Assembly: GCA_039793645.1 (NCBI GenBank)
Contig: JBAMLI010000048.1
Location: 1 to 50,312, forward strand
DNA: 50,312 nt
Direction of reading: 5' to 3'
Source of the DNA: an archaeon
GTDB lineage: Archaea; Micrarchaeota; Micrarchaeia; Micrarchaeales; CABMGC01
Part shown: piece by piece, positions 1 to 9,463 of the stretch
Layout of the letters: each line of letters starts with the position of its first letter
Numbering within the stretch: position 1 is the stretch's first letter
Notes under the pieces: generated by a model
The model's database searches: none
Told to the model about the DNA's origin: nothing
What the model saw: only the letters and a program-made list of their open reading frames with translations
Program-made: the position numbers and the translations under genes

Positions 1-336
1 TGTAAACTTGACAGAATCTTGCGCTGCTAAAAATGCATAATGCTCTGCTATAAAAGATTCGCCTTCTCCGAGCTGTATGGCCTTTATCTTTCCAGGCATA
101 ACCCCAGCCAATGAGACTATCCCTGGCGAATCTTTGGAGGAAAATTCTGTCAAAAGGGCTGTTGCGCCAGTAATTTTCCTTTCTATAACGCCAATTATAC
201 CTCCAACCAGCCTTGGGGTCATAATAATATTTTCGCTTTTGCCTAGAAGCTTGCCGGAATCGCCATAAACCTTCTCGCCGCTTTCGAGCTCAATATCGAG
301 TGACTGCATCGATCCCCCGATTATATTATACTTCAT
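1..336 (-). CDS. AIM24 / TIGR00266 (DUF124) family protein, N-terminal 112 codons; the gene runs off the left edge
   Basis: Own reverse-strand translation from ATG at 334-336 is open to position 1: MKYNIIGGSMQSLDIELESGEKVYGDSGKLL...GESFIAEHYAFLAAQDSVKFT. It resembles the N-termini of this family from memory. The start codon directly abuts the gatE stop at 337-339. Not in the ORF track because it is truncated. Confidence 0.6.
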   Translation of the reverse strand, partial: MKYNIIGGSMQSLDIELESGEKVYGDSGKLLGKSENIIMTPRLVGGIIGVIERKITGATALLTEFSSKDSPGIVSLAGVMPGKIKAIQLGEGESFIAEHYAFLAAQDSVKFT

Positions 337-2205
337 TTATTCACCCTTTAGCATGGCGTCTAGCAGTTCATTGAGCTCTTCTCCATCTATATTGAGCCTA
401 AATTTTGACATTATGCTTGAAATTATCTTGCTTTTTTCCCTTTCGCCTTTGCTTATTTCATTCTTCAAAAGCTCTCGGAGCTTGTTTCCTGAGATTCTTA
501 TTAAGTTTTTGTCCTTTATTATTTTTTCAACATCTTCGCAACTTTTTGGAAGGGCTTTGATCAAAGGGTCAAATGCCTGCTTTGTTATCAGCTTTTCTTT
601 GTACTTGCTGAACATGCATGCAATCACATCATCGCTAAGCTCATCAACGTTGATGCCTTCTCTTTTGAGCTCTCTCATCTTTTGGAGCAGTATATTGGCT
701 ATTAGCGGATGCTCCCCTTTTACTTTTTCAGAGATGTAGAAATAATCTTGCAACTTTGGCGATCTGAGAAGCTGCTCAGCTATCTGTGCATTCCCTATCT
801 CATTGGCAAGCCTCTTTTTTATTTCCTCAATCCTTGGGACCTTCTCTTTTATTTGATTGTAGAGCGCGTGGTTTACTATTATTGGCCTTTCATCAGTCTC
901 GGGGTACATCCTTGCACTGCCTGGCAATGGCCTTAAGAATTTCGTAATATTCTTTTTTGAGTCTATTGTCCTTGTCTCTGGAAGCACGCCAATCAGAGCG
1001 CGCTCTGCCCTGTAGATGGCTAGCGAGATCGCCTTTGAAGCGCTTTCCTTATCTCCAGCAACAAGCATAAATCCATCAGATTCTTTTATTCCGAGCTTCT
1101 CATTTAATGCTTTGATTTCTTCGTTTGAAATACCATAGCCGCCTAAATCCTCATCGCTGTGTATTATTCCGCCCACCCCAGCTGCTTTTGCATAGTCGCT
1201 TATTTCGCTCCCAAGCCTTCTCCCAGGGTTTATCTCTATTCCTATCAAGCCTTTAAATCCGCTGAGCTTTGCTGCAAAAACAGCCCCATCTTTTTTGTTA
1301 AGTGCATTTTCTCTTATGATTTTTGCCTTTGTATTTGAAAATATGTCAGTTACATCTACAGCGCCACCAACCTTCGCATTTCTCTCTTTAAGCATTTTGC
1401 TTATCTCTATGAGCTTTTGATGCCTCTCTATCTCATTGTCGATAATCTCGTCCATTACGTCAAGATCTTGGAAACCTTTTATCTCTACCCGCGCACCGCC
1501 TTTTATTGATATGTTGACGTCTTGCCTTATTGTCCCTATGCCCCTTTGGACCTTTCCCGTAAGCCTAAGGAGCGTGCCTATTTTGAGCGCCGTTTCCTTT
1601 GCCTCGTCTGGATCTTTGATCTCAGGATCTGTATCTATCTCCACCAGCGGTATGCCGAGCCTATTTACATTGTATACTACTTTTTCGCTGTCAGAGTACT
1701 CTATGCCGCTTGATTCTTCTTCGAGGAAAATAGAAGGTATTTTTATCTTCTTGCCATTTACCTCTATGAAGCCGTCATAGCCTATGAGCATCGTCCTTTG
1801 GAATGCGCTCGGATCGCTTCCATCTATAACCTCTTTCCTCATTACCTCTATCTCATCTGGTATGCTGGCATTGAAGATTGCTGCTACCAAAAATGATATC
1901 TCCAGAGCTTCTTTGTTTACCTCATGTGGCGGCTCTTCATCGATCTCGACAAGGCAGGAGCTTTCTTTGTATACATTATACACGAATTTTCTGCGCTTCA
2001 TGCTTTCAAATCCTGTAGCCTTGTCTATTTCTCCAGTCTCTCCCACAACGGCCCTTTGGACTCTTTCTATTTGTATCGGGAGCTTCTCGCCCTCGTTCCT
2101 TGCACTGCACGAGCAGAAGAGCTTTTCGCTTGTAAGTAGCCTTTGGTGTATCTCCAAGCCGCATTTAAAGCCTATTTTTTCATAATATTCTTTTTCGTGC
2201 TTCAT
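337..2205 (-). CDS. gatE: Glu-tRNA(Gln) amidotransferase subunit E
   Basis: 622-aa ORF with a typical archaeal GatE N-terminus (GFKCGLEIHQRL...LFCSC) and a GatB/YqeY-like C-terminal tail. Overlaps gatD by 4 nt. Confidence 0.95.
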   Translation of the reverse strand: MKHEKEYYEKIGFKCGLEIHQRLLTSEKLFCSCSARNEGEKLPIQIERVQRAVVGETGEIDKATGFESMKRRKFVYNVYKESSCLVEIDEEPPHEVNKEALEISFLVAAIFNASIPDEIEVMRKEVIDGSDPSAFQRTMLIGYDGFIEVNGKKIKIPSIFLEEESSGIEYSDSEKVVYNVNRLGIPLVEIDTDPEIKDPDEAKETALKIGTLLRLTGKVQRGIGTIRQDVNISIKGGARVEIKGFQDLDVMDEIIDNEIERHQKLIEISKMLKERNAKVGGAVDVTDIFSNTKAKIIRENALNKKDGAVFAAKLSGFKGLIGIEINPGRRLGSEISDYAKAAGVGGIIHSDEDLGGYGISNEEIKALNEKLGIKESDGFMLVAGDKESASKAISLAIYRAERALIGVLPETRTIDSKKNITKFLRPLPGSARMYPETDERPIIVNHALYNQIKEKVPRIEEIKKRLANEIGNAQIAEQLLRSPKLQDYFYISEKVKGEHPLIANILLQKMRELKREGINVDELSDDVIACMFSKYKEKLITKQAFDPLIKALPKSCEDVEKIIKDKNLIRISGNKLRELLKNEISKGEREKSKIISSIMSKFRLNIDGEELNELLDAMLKGE

Positions 2206-3530
2206 ATAAAACTGTCCACCTCTGATCTTTTAGTTATCTCACCCGCCAAGTTAACGTTCAGCAGCTTCTTGGCTTCTTCCTTTTTGTAGTTGCCGAGGAG
2301 GAATCCTAGCTTTACATATGCAACTTCTGGAAGCATGTCCTCGCAGTATATGGCTCCAGCATTACTAAGAAGCCTCAGGTTCCTGTAGACATTTGGGTTT
2401 ACCCTGCCATACAAGCATTGGGAAGTTATACCAATTATCATCCCTGAATCAACCGCCTTCTTGACATTGTCTAGCCATGAATACTCTTTGTGCAAAGTTG
2501 AGACAGGGGTGTGACCAAGCCCTGTCCCCTCTATTATCAAGCCTTTGTAGCCTTTTGAAAGATAGTAATCTATTATGTTCGGGTCAGAATTTGGATATGC
2601 TTTTACTAGCGCAACCTTTGGCTCATATCCTGAAAGAAGCTTTAGCTCGCCTTCTCCTTTCTTCTTATATGTGCTCAAATACTCTATTTCTCCATCTCTG
2701 CTCACCCTTGCGATAGGCTTGTTATTTATGGGCTTAAAGGCGTCTCTCCTTGAGGTGTGCATCTTCCTTGCTTTAGTTCCTCTTATTACGCTGCAATGAT
2801 TATCTGAAGAGGTCTCGTGCATACATACAACTACCTCTGCTATATCACTCTTCGCTGCAAGATGCATGGAGCAAACAAGGTTCATGAAAGCATCGCTAGA
2901 GCCCCTGTCGCTGCTTCTTTGTGAGCCCGTCATTACCACAGGCGCATTTAGGTTATTGAGCATAAAGCTAAGAACAGCAGATGTATAATGCATTGTATCT
3001 GTGCCATGTGTAATCACAACCCCTCTGTTCTTCTTTAATGAGTCCGCTACAGCCTTTGCAATCTTCTGCCACTCTATATATGTCATATCCTCGCTGGCGA
3101 CGCTCATTAATGGGTTGACATCGATATTTGCTATACCTTCAAGTTCAGGGACCTCTCCAAGCAGCTCCTCAGGCTTTGTGAGCATAAATACTCCGCCGCT
3201 CTGGTAGTCTATCTTGCTTCCTATAGTGCCTCCTGTATAGATAAGACTTACATTTGGCAGATTTGGCTTTTTAGTGTGCTTTGTAGATATGCTTCTTTCT
3301 ATGGCCGGAGCTTTTTTGCTCAAAATCTTTTCTATCTTGTCCCCTTTCTCAAACCTTATGCCAATATTGTAGCCATTGCTTAGCTTTATCACAAGAATAT
3401 TGTTGTCGCCAAGATCGGGCCGCGGCATAAGCGTGCCCTCGAATCTGCCCTTTGAAGAAAAAAGCCTAATCTCATCTCCTATTTCTATCTTTCCTTTTTT
3501 TAGGGCCCTCTCTATTTCTTCAGAATACAT
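2202..3530 (-). CDS. gatD: Glu-tRNA(Gln) amidotransferase subunit D (asparaginase-like)
   Basis: Asparaginase motifs TGGTIGS and HGTDTM. The N-terminus MYSEEIERALKKGKIEIGDEIRL matches usual GatD starts, so I prefer ATG at 3530. The ORF track extends to a TTG at 3584. Confidence 0.92.
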   Translation of the reverse strand: MYSEEIERALKKGKIEIGDEIRLFSSKGRFEGTLMPRPDLGDNNILVIKLSNGYNIGIRFEKGDKIEKILSKKAPAIERSISTKHTKKPNLPNVSLIYTGGTIGSKIDYQSGGVFMLTKPEELLGEVPELEGIANIDVNPLMSVASEDMTYIEWQKIAKAVADSLKKNRGVVITHGTDTMHYTSAVLSFMLNNLNAPVVMTGSQRSSDRGSSDAFMNLVCSMHLAAKSDIAEVVVCMHETSSDNHCSVIRGTKARKMHTSRRDAFKPINNKPIARVSRDGEIEYLSTYKKKGEGELKLLSGYEPKVALVKAYPNSDPNIIDYYLSKGYKGLIIEGTGLGHTPVSTLHKEYSWLDNVKKAVDSGMIIGITSQCLYGRVNPNVYRNLRLLSNAGAIYCEDMLPEVAYVKLGFLLGNYKKEEAKKLLNVNLAGEITKRSEVDSFI

Positions 3531-3635
3531 GAATGGAATAAGGGATTTTGGCCTTATAAATCTTTCGCGAATACTTTCTGGCAAGCCTTAGATCCTCTCG
3601 CTTAATGCATGAAGGAGTAGCTGTTTAGCATTTTT

Positions 3636-3974
3636 CTAATCTATAGATTTCATGATATCAAAATTTATCTTGTAATGAAATATTTCTTTTATTGCGTTTT
3701 CTATATTTTCAAGCAACTCTTCTGGATTTGCCTTGCTGTTGACTTCAGCAAAATTATATTCGTTTATTCTGACATCTATGGTGCTATCCCTTTTATGGAG
3801 AATTAGGATAAGCTTTTCGTTTTGAGGTTCATTTCTGCAGTATGCTTTTATAGAAAGGCGTTCTGAAGGCTCAATCTCGACGTTTACTTCTGCTTTTAAA
3901 ATTTCATGCAGAGAGCTTTCTAGCTTTTCTTTTATCGCTTTTCTTGCAGTTTCTTTGTCTATTAGAAAAGGCAC
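3636..3974 (-). CDS. hypothetical protein (112 aa, GTG start)
   Basis: Clean ORF on the same strand between the MiaB-like gene and gatD. No recognisable motif. Confidence 0.5.
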   Translation of the reverse strand: MPFLIDKETARKAIKEKLESSLHEILKAEVNVEIEPSERLSIKAYCRNEPQNEKLILILHKRDSTIDVRINEYNFAEVNSKANPEELLENIENAIKEIFHYKINFDIMKSID

Positions 3975-4010
3975 GATATTATAAGGATCGCAAACATTAA
4001 AAGATTTGCT

Positions 4011-5300
4011 TTATATTCTTTTTCCTATTAGGCATGCTGCAGAATTTCCAATAATCTTGACGTCTATGAATTCCCCTATATTTGCATTTCCAACAATGGC
4101 GATTTCGTTGTAGAAATCATCCCTTCCAGTAAAAGATTTTTTGTTTCTCTCTGTAATTAGGATGCGCCTTGTTTCTCCTATATGCTTTTCGCGCTCTCTA
4201 AACTCAATCTCCCTCACAATCCTTGAAAAAATAGCGCTCCTGTTCTTTATTATATTCCCATCAAGCTGCGGCAGCTTGCTTGCTGGCGCATGTGGCCTAG
4301 CCCCAAATTTTGATATGTTGACTACTTCTGGCTTTAATTCTTTGACAAGTTCTATGCTTTTTTCAAAATCCTCATCTGTTTCGGTTGGATACCCCACTAT
4401 TATGTCTGTTGCTATTGTGGCTGAAAGCTTCCTCCTTATCTCATCTACATACCCTTTGAACTCTTCTATAGTATATCTTCTGTTCATTTCCTTTAGCACC
4501 TTGTCGCTTCCTGATTGCACAGGGAGGTGTAAGAACTTATACACCTTCGAGCTCCTGTATGCTTCAATGAGCTCATCGAAATACCTGTGAAGGTGCTCAG
4601 GGTTGAGCATGCCTACTCTTACTCTAAACTCCCCTTCTATCTCAGCAACCCTGCCCAAGAGCTCTGCTATGTTTGTTTTCCTATCTAACCCATAAGCGCC
4701 AACATCTTGGGAGGTAAGCTCTATCTCCACTGCGCCATTCGCCAGTGCATTCTTCACCGCCCTTAATATAAGATCCTCAGAAAAGCTGTTTAGCGGACCT
4801 CTTGCAAACCTTGTCTCGCAGAACGAGCAGTTGCTAAGGCATCCTTCGCTTATTGGAATCCTCGCTATTGCGGAAGCATTGTCTATGCCGTATGCAAGCT
4901 TGTCTACCCTTTCATACTTATCCATTGCAACGCTTTCCCCATTTTTAGCCCGCTCAACCACATGCATGATCTTATGAACATTGCTTGTGGTTATTATGCT
5001 GGCTTCAGGCACAACGCTCAAGACCTTTTCCTTGTCTGCGCTAGCTAAGCAGCCAGCAACAATCAGCTTCTTGCCCAAGCTTCTCAGTTTGCCAAGCCTG
5101 TATAGAATCTTGTTTTCAGTGGGAGTCTTTACAGTGCATGTGTTGACTATAATGAAGTCTGCACCGCCCTCTCTATCATTATATCTTTTATACTCTACCT
5201 CATACCCGTTAGCCTTAAGGATATTGCCCATTATCCTGCTATCTGCCTGGTTGAGGGTGCAGCCATATGTTTCAATCACTACCCTTGCCATAAACACCAT
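4011..5300 (-). CDS. MiaB-like radical-SAM tRNA methylthiotransferase (archaeal MtaB/CDKAL1 type)
   Basis: N-terminal UPF0004 domain (VVIETYGCTLNQADS), radical-SAM CxxxCxxC (CLSNCSFCE) and a C-terminal TRAM-like end. 429 aa. Confidence 0.85.
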   Translation of the reverse strand: MVFMARVVIETYGCTLNQADSRIMGNILKANGYEVEYKRYNDREGGADFIIVNTCTVKTPTENKILYRLGKLRSLGKKLIVAGCLASADKEKVLSVVPEASIITTSNVHKIMHVVERAKNGESVAMDKYERVDKLAYGIDNASAIARIPISEGCLSNCSFCETRFARGPLNSFSEDLILRAVKNALANGAVEIELTSQDVGAYGLDRKTNIAELLGRVAEIEGEFRVRVGMLNPEHLHRYFDELIEAYRSSKVYKFLHLPVQSGSDKVLKEMNRRYTIEEFKGYVDEIRRKLSATIATDIIVGYPTETDEDFEKSIELVKELKPEVVNISKFGARPHAPASKLPQLDGNIIKNRSAIFSRIVREIEFREREKHIGETRRILITERNKKSFTGRDDFYNEIAIVGNANIGEFIDVKIIGNSAACLIGKRI

Positions 5301-5340
5301 TTTTATATCTTACTTTTTATAAGTATATATCTATTTTGCT
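5301..5340. promoter_or_regulatory. 40-bp AT-rich divergent promoter region with shared TATA-like core
   Basis: TTTTTATAAGTATATAT lies about 25-30 nt from both the ATG at 5300 (minus) and the ATG at 5350 (plus), suggesting two leaderless or near-leaderless transcripts. Spacing argument only. Confidence 0.35.
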
Positions 5341-5349
5341 GTGATCTTT

Positions 5350-5544
5350 ATGATATGCGAGAGATGCGGGGCTGAGATATATAAATACAGTACTTGCAGG
5401 TACTGCCACAGAAAGATATGCAACAACTGCGTGAAGAGCTCAAAGAAGGTAAGCAAGACTGTAAGGATAGTTATCTGCAAAGACTGCTGGACAAACATAA
5501 ATTATAGGAAGGCGTTCAAAAGCGCAACAGCAGATAATTATTGA
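5350..5544 (+). CDS. small zinc-ribbon protein with four CxxC motifs
   Basis: MICERCGAEIYKYSTCRYCHRKICNNCVKSS...ICKDCW contains CERC, CRYC, CNNC and CKDC. The ATG at 5350 is preferred over the GTG at 5341. The stop lies 1 nt from the convergent ileS stop. Confidence 0.55.
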   Translation: MICERCGAEIYKYSTCRYCHRKICNNCVKSSKKVSKTVRIVICKDCWTNINYRKAFKSATADNY

Positions 5545-5545
5545 G

Positions 5546-8500
5546 TTATTGGTGCTTCTCAATCTTTATCTCTATTTCTTCCCCAACAATTTCAAATTTT
5601 TTACCGTTTGGCTCATCTAAGTTTATTATTGAAGAGGCATTTACTTCCTTGGCAAGATCCTTCTCCTTCTCTTTAATTATTCTGGAAAGCTCTCCAGAGG
5701 CTCTATAATAGATCTTTACTTTGTCCACTTTCTTGAGCCCCAGCTCCTTCCTCATGAGCTGTATGCGCCTAGCGAGCTCCCTGTAAAGCGCCTCATCCAT
5801 AAGCCCTTTGTTTAGAGTGGGGTCTACGTACACCAAGCCGTATTCAAATTTTGTTGCATCGGTGCTTACTCCTTTCTCAACTATAGCAAAATGCTCAGGC
5901 TTTATGTTGAACAGACCCTTTTCGGTGTGGAGTAAGTAGTAGCCCTTCTCGCTTACCTCCCTTTCAAGCTCATCTGGATCAACCTCCTGCAAAGAATCTG
6001 CTATTATTTTTGCATTCTCCCTAAACTCTGGCCCTATCTTCTGGAAGATGGGCTTTATTACCTTCTCTACATTGCTTGCCTTCTTTACTTCAAGCTTCTT
6101 TACATTTACATACTCTTCTATAAGTGGAGAGAGCTTCTCTATTGCTTTCAATGCTTCTTCATCCTTTACCTCGATGACAGCCTTGCTTAGTGGCCACCTC
6201 AGCCTCACTTTTGCTTTCTCCCTGCTGTTTAGTATGGCTGTTATTGCGCTAAGGGCCATCTCAAAAGAGCGCTCCAAATCTGGATCTATAATCTTTTTCC
6301 TGAATTTTGGCCAATCTTCGAGAAAGATGCTCTCCTTATATGCAAAATCTTTGAGATAAAGCCTCTCGGCAGTGAATGGTATAAATGGAGATACAAGCAA
6401 CAAGACGTTGAAGAATACATACCTCATCGTATCTATAGCATCGCGTGCCTCTTTTTTTGTTCCATATATTACTCTTTTCTTTGCCACCTTAAGGTAAAAC
6501 CTGCTGAAATAGTCAAGGATAAACTTCCTCAGCGCAGAGTTTGCCTTTTCTATGTTGTATGAATCAAGCGATGTGCTCACATCGTTTATGAGCGTATGCA
6601 ACTTTGAAGCTATCCATGCGTCTATCTCGCTTCTTCTTCTGAGGGCGAGCTTTTCGCTTTTGTAGCCGATTGCATCAGAATATTCGTTTATAAGGTTTGA
6701 AATGTTGTGAAGAACCAATATTACCTTTTCAGCTTCTTTTAGCTCTGCTTTGCTGAAAGGTATGTCGAGCCATTGCGTGTGGCTTGAGAACCAGAGCCTA
6801 TAGGCGTCTGCGCTTGTTATTTTGAGCAATTCAGAGATTGGTATATAATTGCCAAGATGCTTATGCATCTCCCTTCCGTCTTCTGCAAGCAGCATTCCAT
6901 CAACAACAACCTCCTTGTAAGGGGATTTCTTGTATAGCATTACGCTGCTTTTAAGCATGCTAGAAAACCAGCCCCTAAGCTGGTCTATTCCTTCAAGTAT
7001 GAGATCTGCAGGAAAGAGCCTCTTGAATTCTTCATCGCTTAGGCTCGCTTCAAAGGCGATGCTTGAGTCAAACCATACATCAAATACGTCGCTTATCCTG
7101 CGCATCTCTCCGCCGCATTTGCTGCACTTCATTACAACATTATCTATATAAGGCCTGTGCAGGTCATCCATACTCTCTACATATTCCTTGTTTATGGCTT
7201 TGCTGGTGAGCTCCTTTAATGAACCTACAACCTCTATATTTCCACATTTTTCGCACTTCCATATAGGAATGGGTATCCCCCAGAACCTCTGCCTTGAAAT
7301 GCACCAGTCTGGCGAATTGGCAAGCACATTGGCCTGCCACTCTTTCGCTTCTTTTGGATGCCAATTGACCGTTTCATTTGCTTCCAAAAGCTTCTTCCTC
7401 ACCTTGCCTACGTTAAGGAACCACTGGTCTGTTGCTTTGTATATAAGCTTGCTTCCGCACCTCCAGCAATGCGGATAGCTGTGTACAATTGTTCCTTTAT
7501 TTAAAAGAGAGCCCAATCTTTCAAGATCTTCAATCACCTTGGCGTTTGCCTCTTCTGGCACTGCAAGTCCAGCGTACCTCCCTACCTCTTCTGTATACTT
7601 TGCATGAGAGTCTATAGGAGAAAAAACAGGTATCTTGTTTTCCTTACCCAGCTTGTAATCGTCAAAGCCATGGCCTGTGGCTATATGCACAATCCCTGTA
7701 CCTTCTTCCATTGAAACCATTGTCTCTGAGAAAAGCACTTTGTGATATTTTCTGAACTTTTTCTGTATAGGCACCTCATTTTCTAGAGGATTTATGTAGT
7801 ATATTCCTTCAAGCTCGCTTCCATAAAATTCAGCTTCTACTATTGCACTTTCATTTAGGTTAGCTACTACTGCTTCAAACCTCTTTTTCGCAAATATCAG
7901 CTTTTTGTCCCCTATTTTTGCTTTTATGTAAATCTCAGACGGGTTTACCGCTACAGACATGTTTGCTGGTAAGGTCCAAGGCGTTGTGGTCCAAATGAGC
8001 AGGTATGTCTCTTCATCTATCTCTATCCTTGGCTTTGAATTTTTAATATCTATCTTAAATGCAACAAAGATTGAAGGATCCTTTTCATCGCTGTATTCTA
8101 CTTCAAGGGTCCCCTGCGCAAGAACAGTCTCGCAACTTGGGCAATATGTAAGGGGCTTGGACTCCTTGTAGAGAAGGCCCTTTTCGCTGAGCCTCTTCAA
8201 AATATTCCATGCCTTCTCGATGTAGGCTTTATTGTACGGTATATAAGCATTTTCAAAATCAAGGAATATGCCAAAGCGTGCATAATCCTTGTTCATCTTT
8301 GGTATAAGCGAATTTACGTAATTTTTGCATGCCTTTACAAAATTCTCTACGCTTACCTTTGATTCAAGCTCTTTCTTAGACTTTATGCCCATTGATTTTT
8401 CAACAGCATGCTCTACTGGCAGGCCATGCACATCGTAGCCTGCTCTGTCGTGCACATTGTAGCCTCTCATCCTCTTATACCTAAGGATTATGTCTTTTGC

Positions 8501-8659
8501 ACCCTTGACCCATATCTGCCCCGGGTGTAAGTCGCCGCTAACATAAGGCGGGCCGTCAAGAAAATAGAAAGGCTTGTTGTCTATGTTTTTGGCTCTCCAT
8601 TTTTCCAAAATGTTGTGCTCAGCCCAATATTTTAATATTTCTTCTTCGTAATTCTCCAT
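5546..8659 (-). CDS. ileS: isoleucyl-tRNA synthetase
   Basis: 1037 aa class I synthetase with a HIGH-like region (DLHPGQIW), editing-domain length, a Zn-finger region (CWRCGSKL, CEKCG) and a KMSKS-like MHKHLGN. Confidence 0.97.
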   Translation of the reverse strand: MENYEEEILKYWAEHNILEKWRAKNIDNKPFYFLDGPPYVSGDLHPGQIWVKGAKDIILRYKRMRGYNVHDRAGYDVHGLPVEHAVEKSMGIKSKKELESKVSVENFVKACKNYVNSLIPKMNKDYARFGIFLDFENAYIPYNKAYIEKAWNILKRLSEKGLLYKESKPLTYCPSCETVLAQGTLEVEYSDEKDPSIFVAFKIDIKNSKPRIEIDEETYLLIWTTTPWTLPANMSVAVNPSEIYIKAKIGDKKLIFAKKRFEAVVANLNESAIVEAEFYGSELEGIYYINPLENEVPIQKKFRKYHKVLFSETMVSMEEGTGIVHIATGHGFDDYKLGKENKIPVFSPIDSHAKYTEEVGRYAGLAVPEEANAKVIEDLERLGSLLNKGTIVHSYPHCWRCGSKLIYKATDQWFLNVGKVRKKLLEANETVNWHPKEAKEWQANVLANSPDWCISRQRFWGIPIPIWKCEKCGNIEVVGSLKELTSKAINKEYVESMDDLHRPYIDNVVMKCSKCGGEMRRISDVFDVWFDSSIAFEASLSDEEFKRLFPADLILEGIDQLRGWFSSMLKSSVMLYKKSPYKEVVVDGMLLAEDGREMHKHLGNYIPISELLKITSADAYRLWFSSHTQWLDIPFSKAELKEAEKVILVLHNISNLINEYSDAIGYKSEKLALRRRSEIDAWIASKLHTLINDVSTSLDSYNIEKANSALRKFILDYFSRFYLKVAKKRVIYGTKKEARDAIDTMRYVFFNVLLLVSPFIPFTAERLYLKDFAYKESIFLEDWPKFRKKIIDPDLERSFEMALSAITAILNSREKAKVRLRWPLSKAVIEVKDEEALKAIEKLSPLIEEYVNVKKLEVKKASNVEKVIKPIFQKIGPEFRENAKIIADSLQEVDPDELEREVSEKGYYLLHTEKGLFNIKPEHFAIVEKGVSTDATKFEYGLVYVDPTLNKGLMDEALYRELARRIQLMRKELGLKKVDKVKIYYRASGELSRIIKEKEKDLAKEVNASSIINLDEPNGKKFEIVGEEIEIKIEKHQ

Positions 8660-8739
8660 GTAATCCCTAGATTAAGTCTTTAATCTTGATTCTAAATATT
8701 AAAACTTTCTGTTTAATAATTAAATAAGCTTGTGATACA

Positions 8740-9378
8740 GTGAGGAGCGCTGATGCAACAACCTTAATAAGGACTCTAATGGTCTTCCTAGTAGTAGGCA
8801 TGCTTCTAGCCAAGATAAACCCGTGGATTACGATATTTGTAATTTTATTGATGTACATTCTTGATGGGCTTGACGGCTATCTTGCAATAAGGGAAGCGAG
8901 CAATGGCTCTGTAACGCTTGTTGAATACCTAAAGGCAGCGGCATCTGGCGATGAAAAGGCTAAGAGTAAAATGGCCAGATTCAAGCAAGTAGCAAAAAAG
9001 GGGGCAAAGTTTGGGCCAAGGCTTGATATAGCAGGGGACAGGGTTATAGAATATACCTTCTGGATAACATTCACATACCTTAGGCTAATACCTCTTTTTG
9101 TAATATTCATAATCGTATTGAGGCACTCTTTCGTAGACGCCCTAATGGGTGCGAGAGGCACATCTTCTAAGCCAAGGACAAGATTTGCAAAAATAATCTA
9201 TTCTTCCAACATAAGCAGAGGGGGCATAAACATTGTAAAGTTCCTCGCTTTTGCCTACTTTGTTCTTATCTATGTTTCAAACTATCCGCTCTGGGTAGGC
9301 TATGTGCTCATAGCAATACTCGTCACATATATAGTTGCCAGGGGCTTGGCTGAAGCTTATGATTCGCTTGCCAGATAA
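8740..9378 (+). CDS. CDP-alcohol phosphatidyltransferase family membrane protein (atypical, with loop insertion)
   Basis: LDGLDGYLAIR ... GPRLDIAGDRV matches DG..AR...G...D...D, but with about 40 residues between the R and the G. Multiple TM segments. GTG start; the first in-frame ATG is at 8779. Confidence 0.65.
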   Translation: MRSADATTLIRTLMVFLVVGMLLAKINPWITIFVILLMYILDGLDGYLAIREASNGSVTLVEYLKAAASGDEKAKSKMARFKQVAKKGAKFGPRLDIAGDRVIEYTFWITFTYLRLIPLFVIFIIVLRHSFVDALMGARGTSSKPRTRFAKIIYSSNISRGGINIVKFLAFAYFVLIYVSNYPLWVGYVLIAILVTYIVARGLAEAYDSLAR

Positions 9379-9398
9379 GAGCACAAAATGTTTTTAGA

Positions 9399-9426
9399 AT
9401 CCTTTTCTAAAAATCCTTTTCTAAAA
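9399..9426 (+). repeat. perfect tandem duplication of the 14-nt unit ATCCTTTTCTAAAA
   Basis: Read directly: 9399-9412 equals 9413-9426. It sits immediately upstream of a TATA-like TATTTATATTT, about 38 nt before the rfcS ATG. Confidence 0.85.
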
Positions 9427-9463
9427 TATTTATATTTCTTAAGTGCGATTAATTACTGATTAA

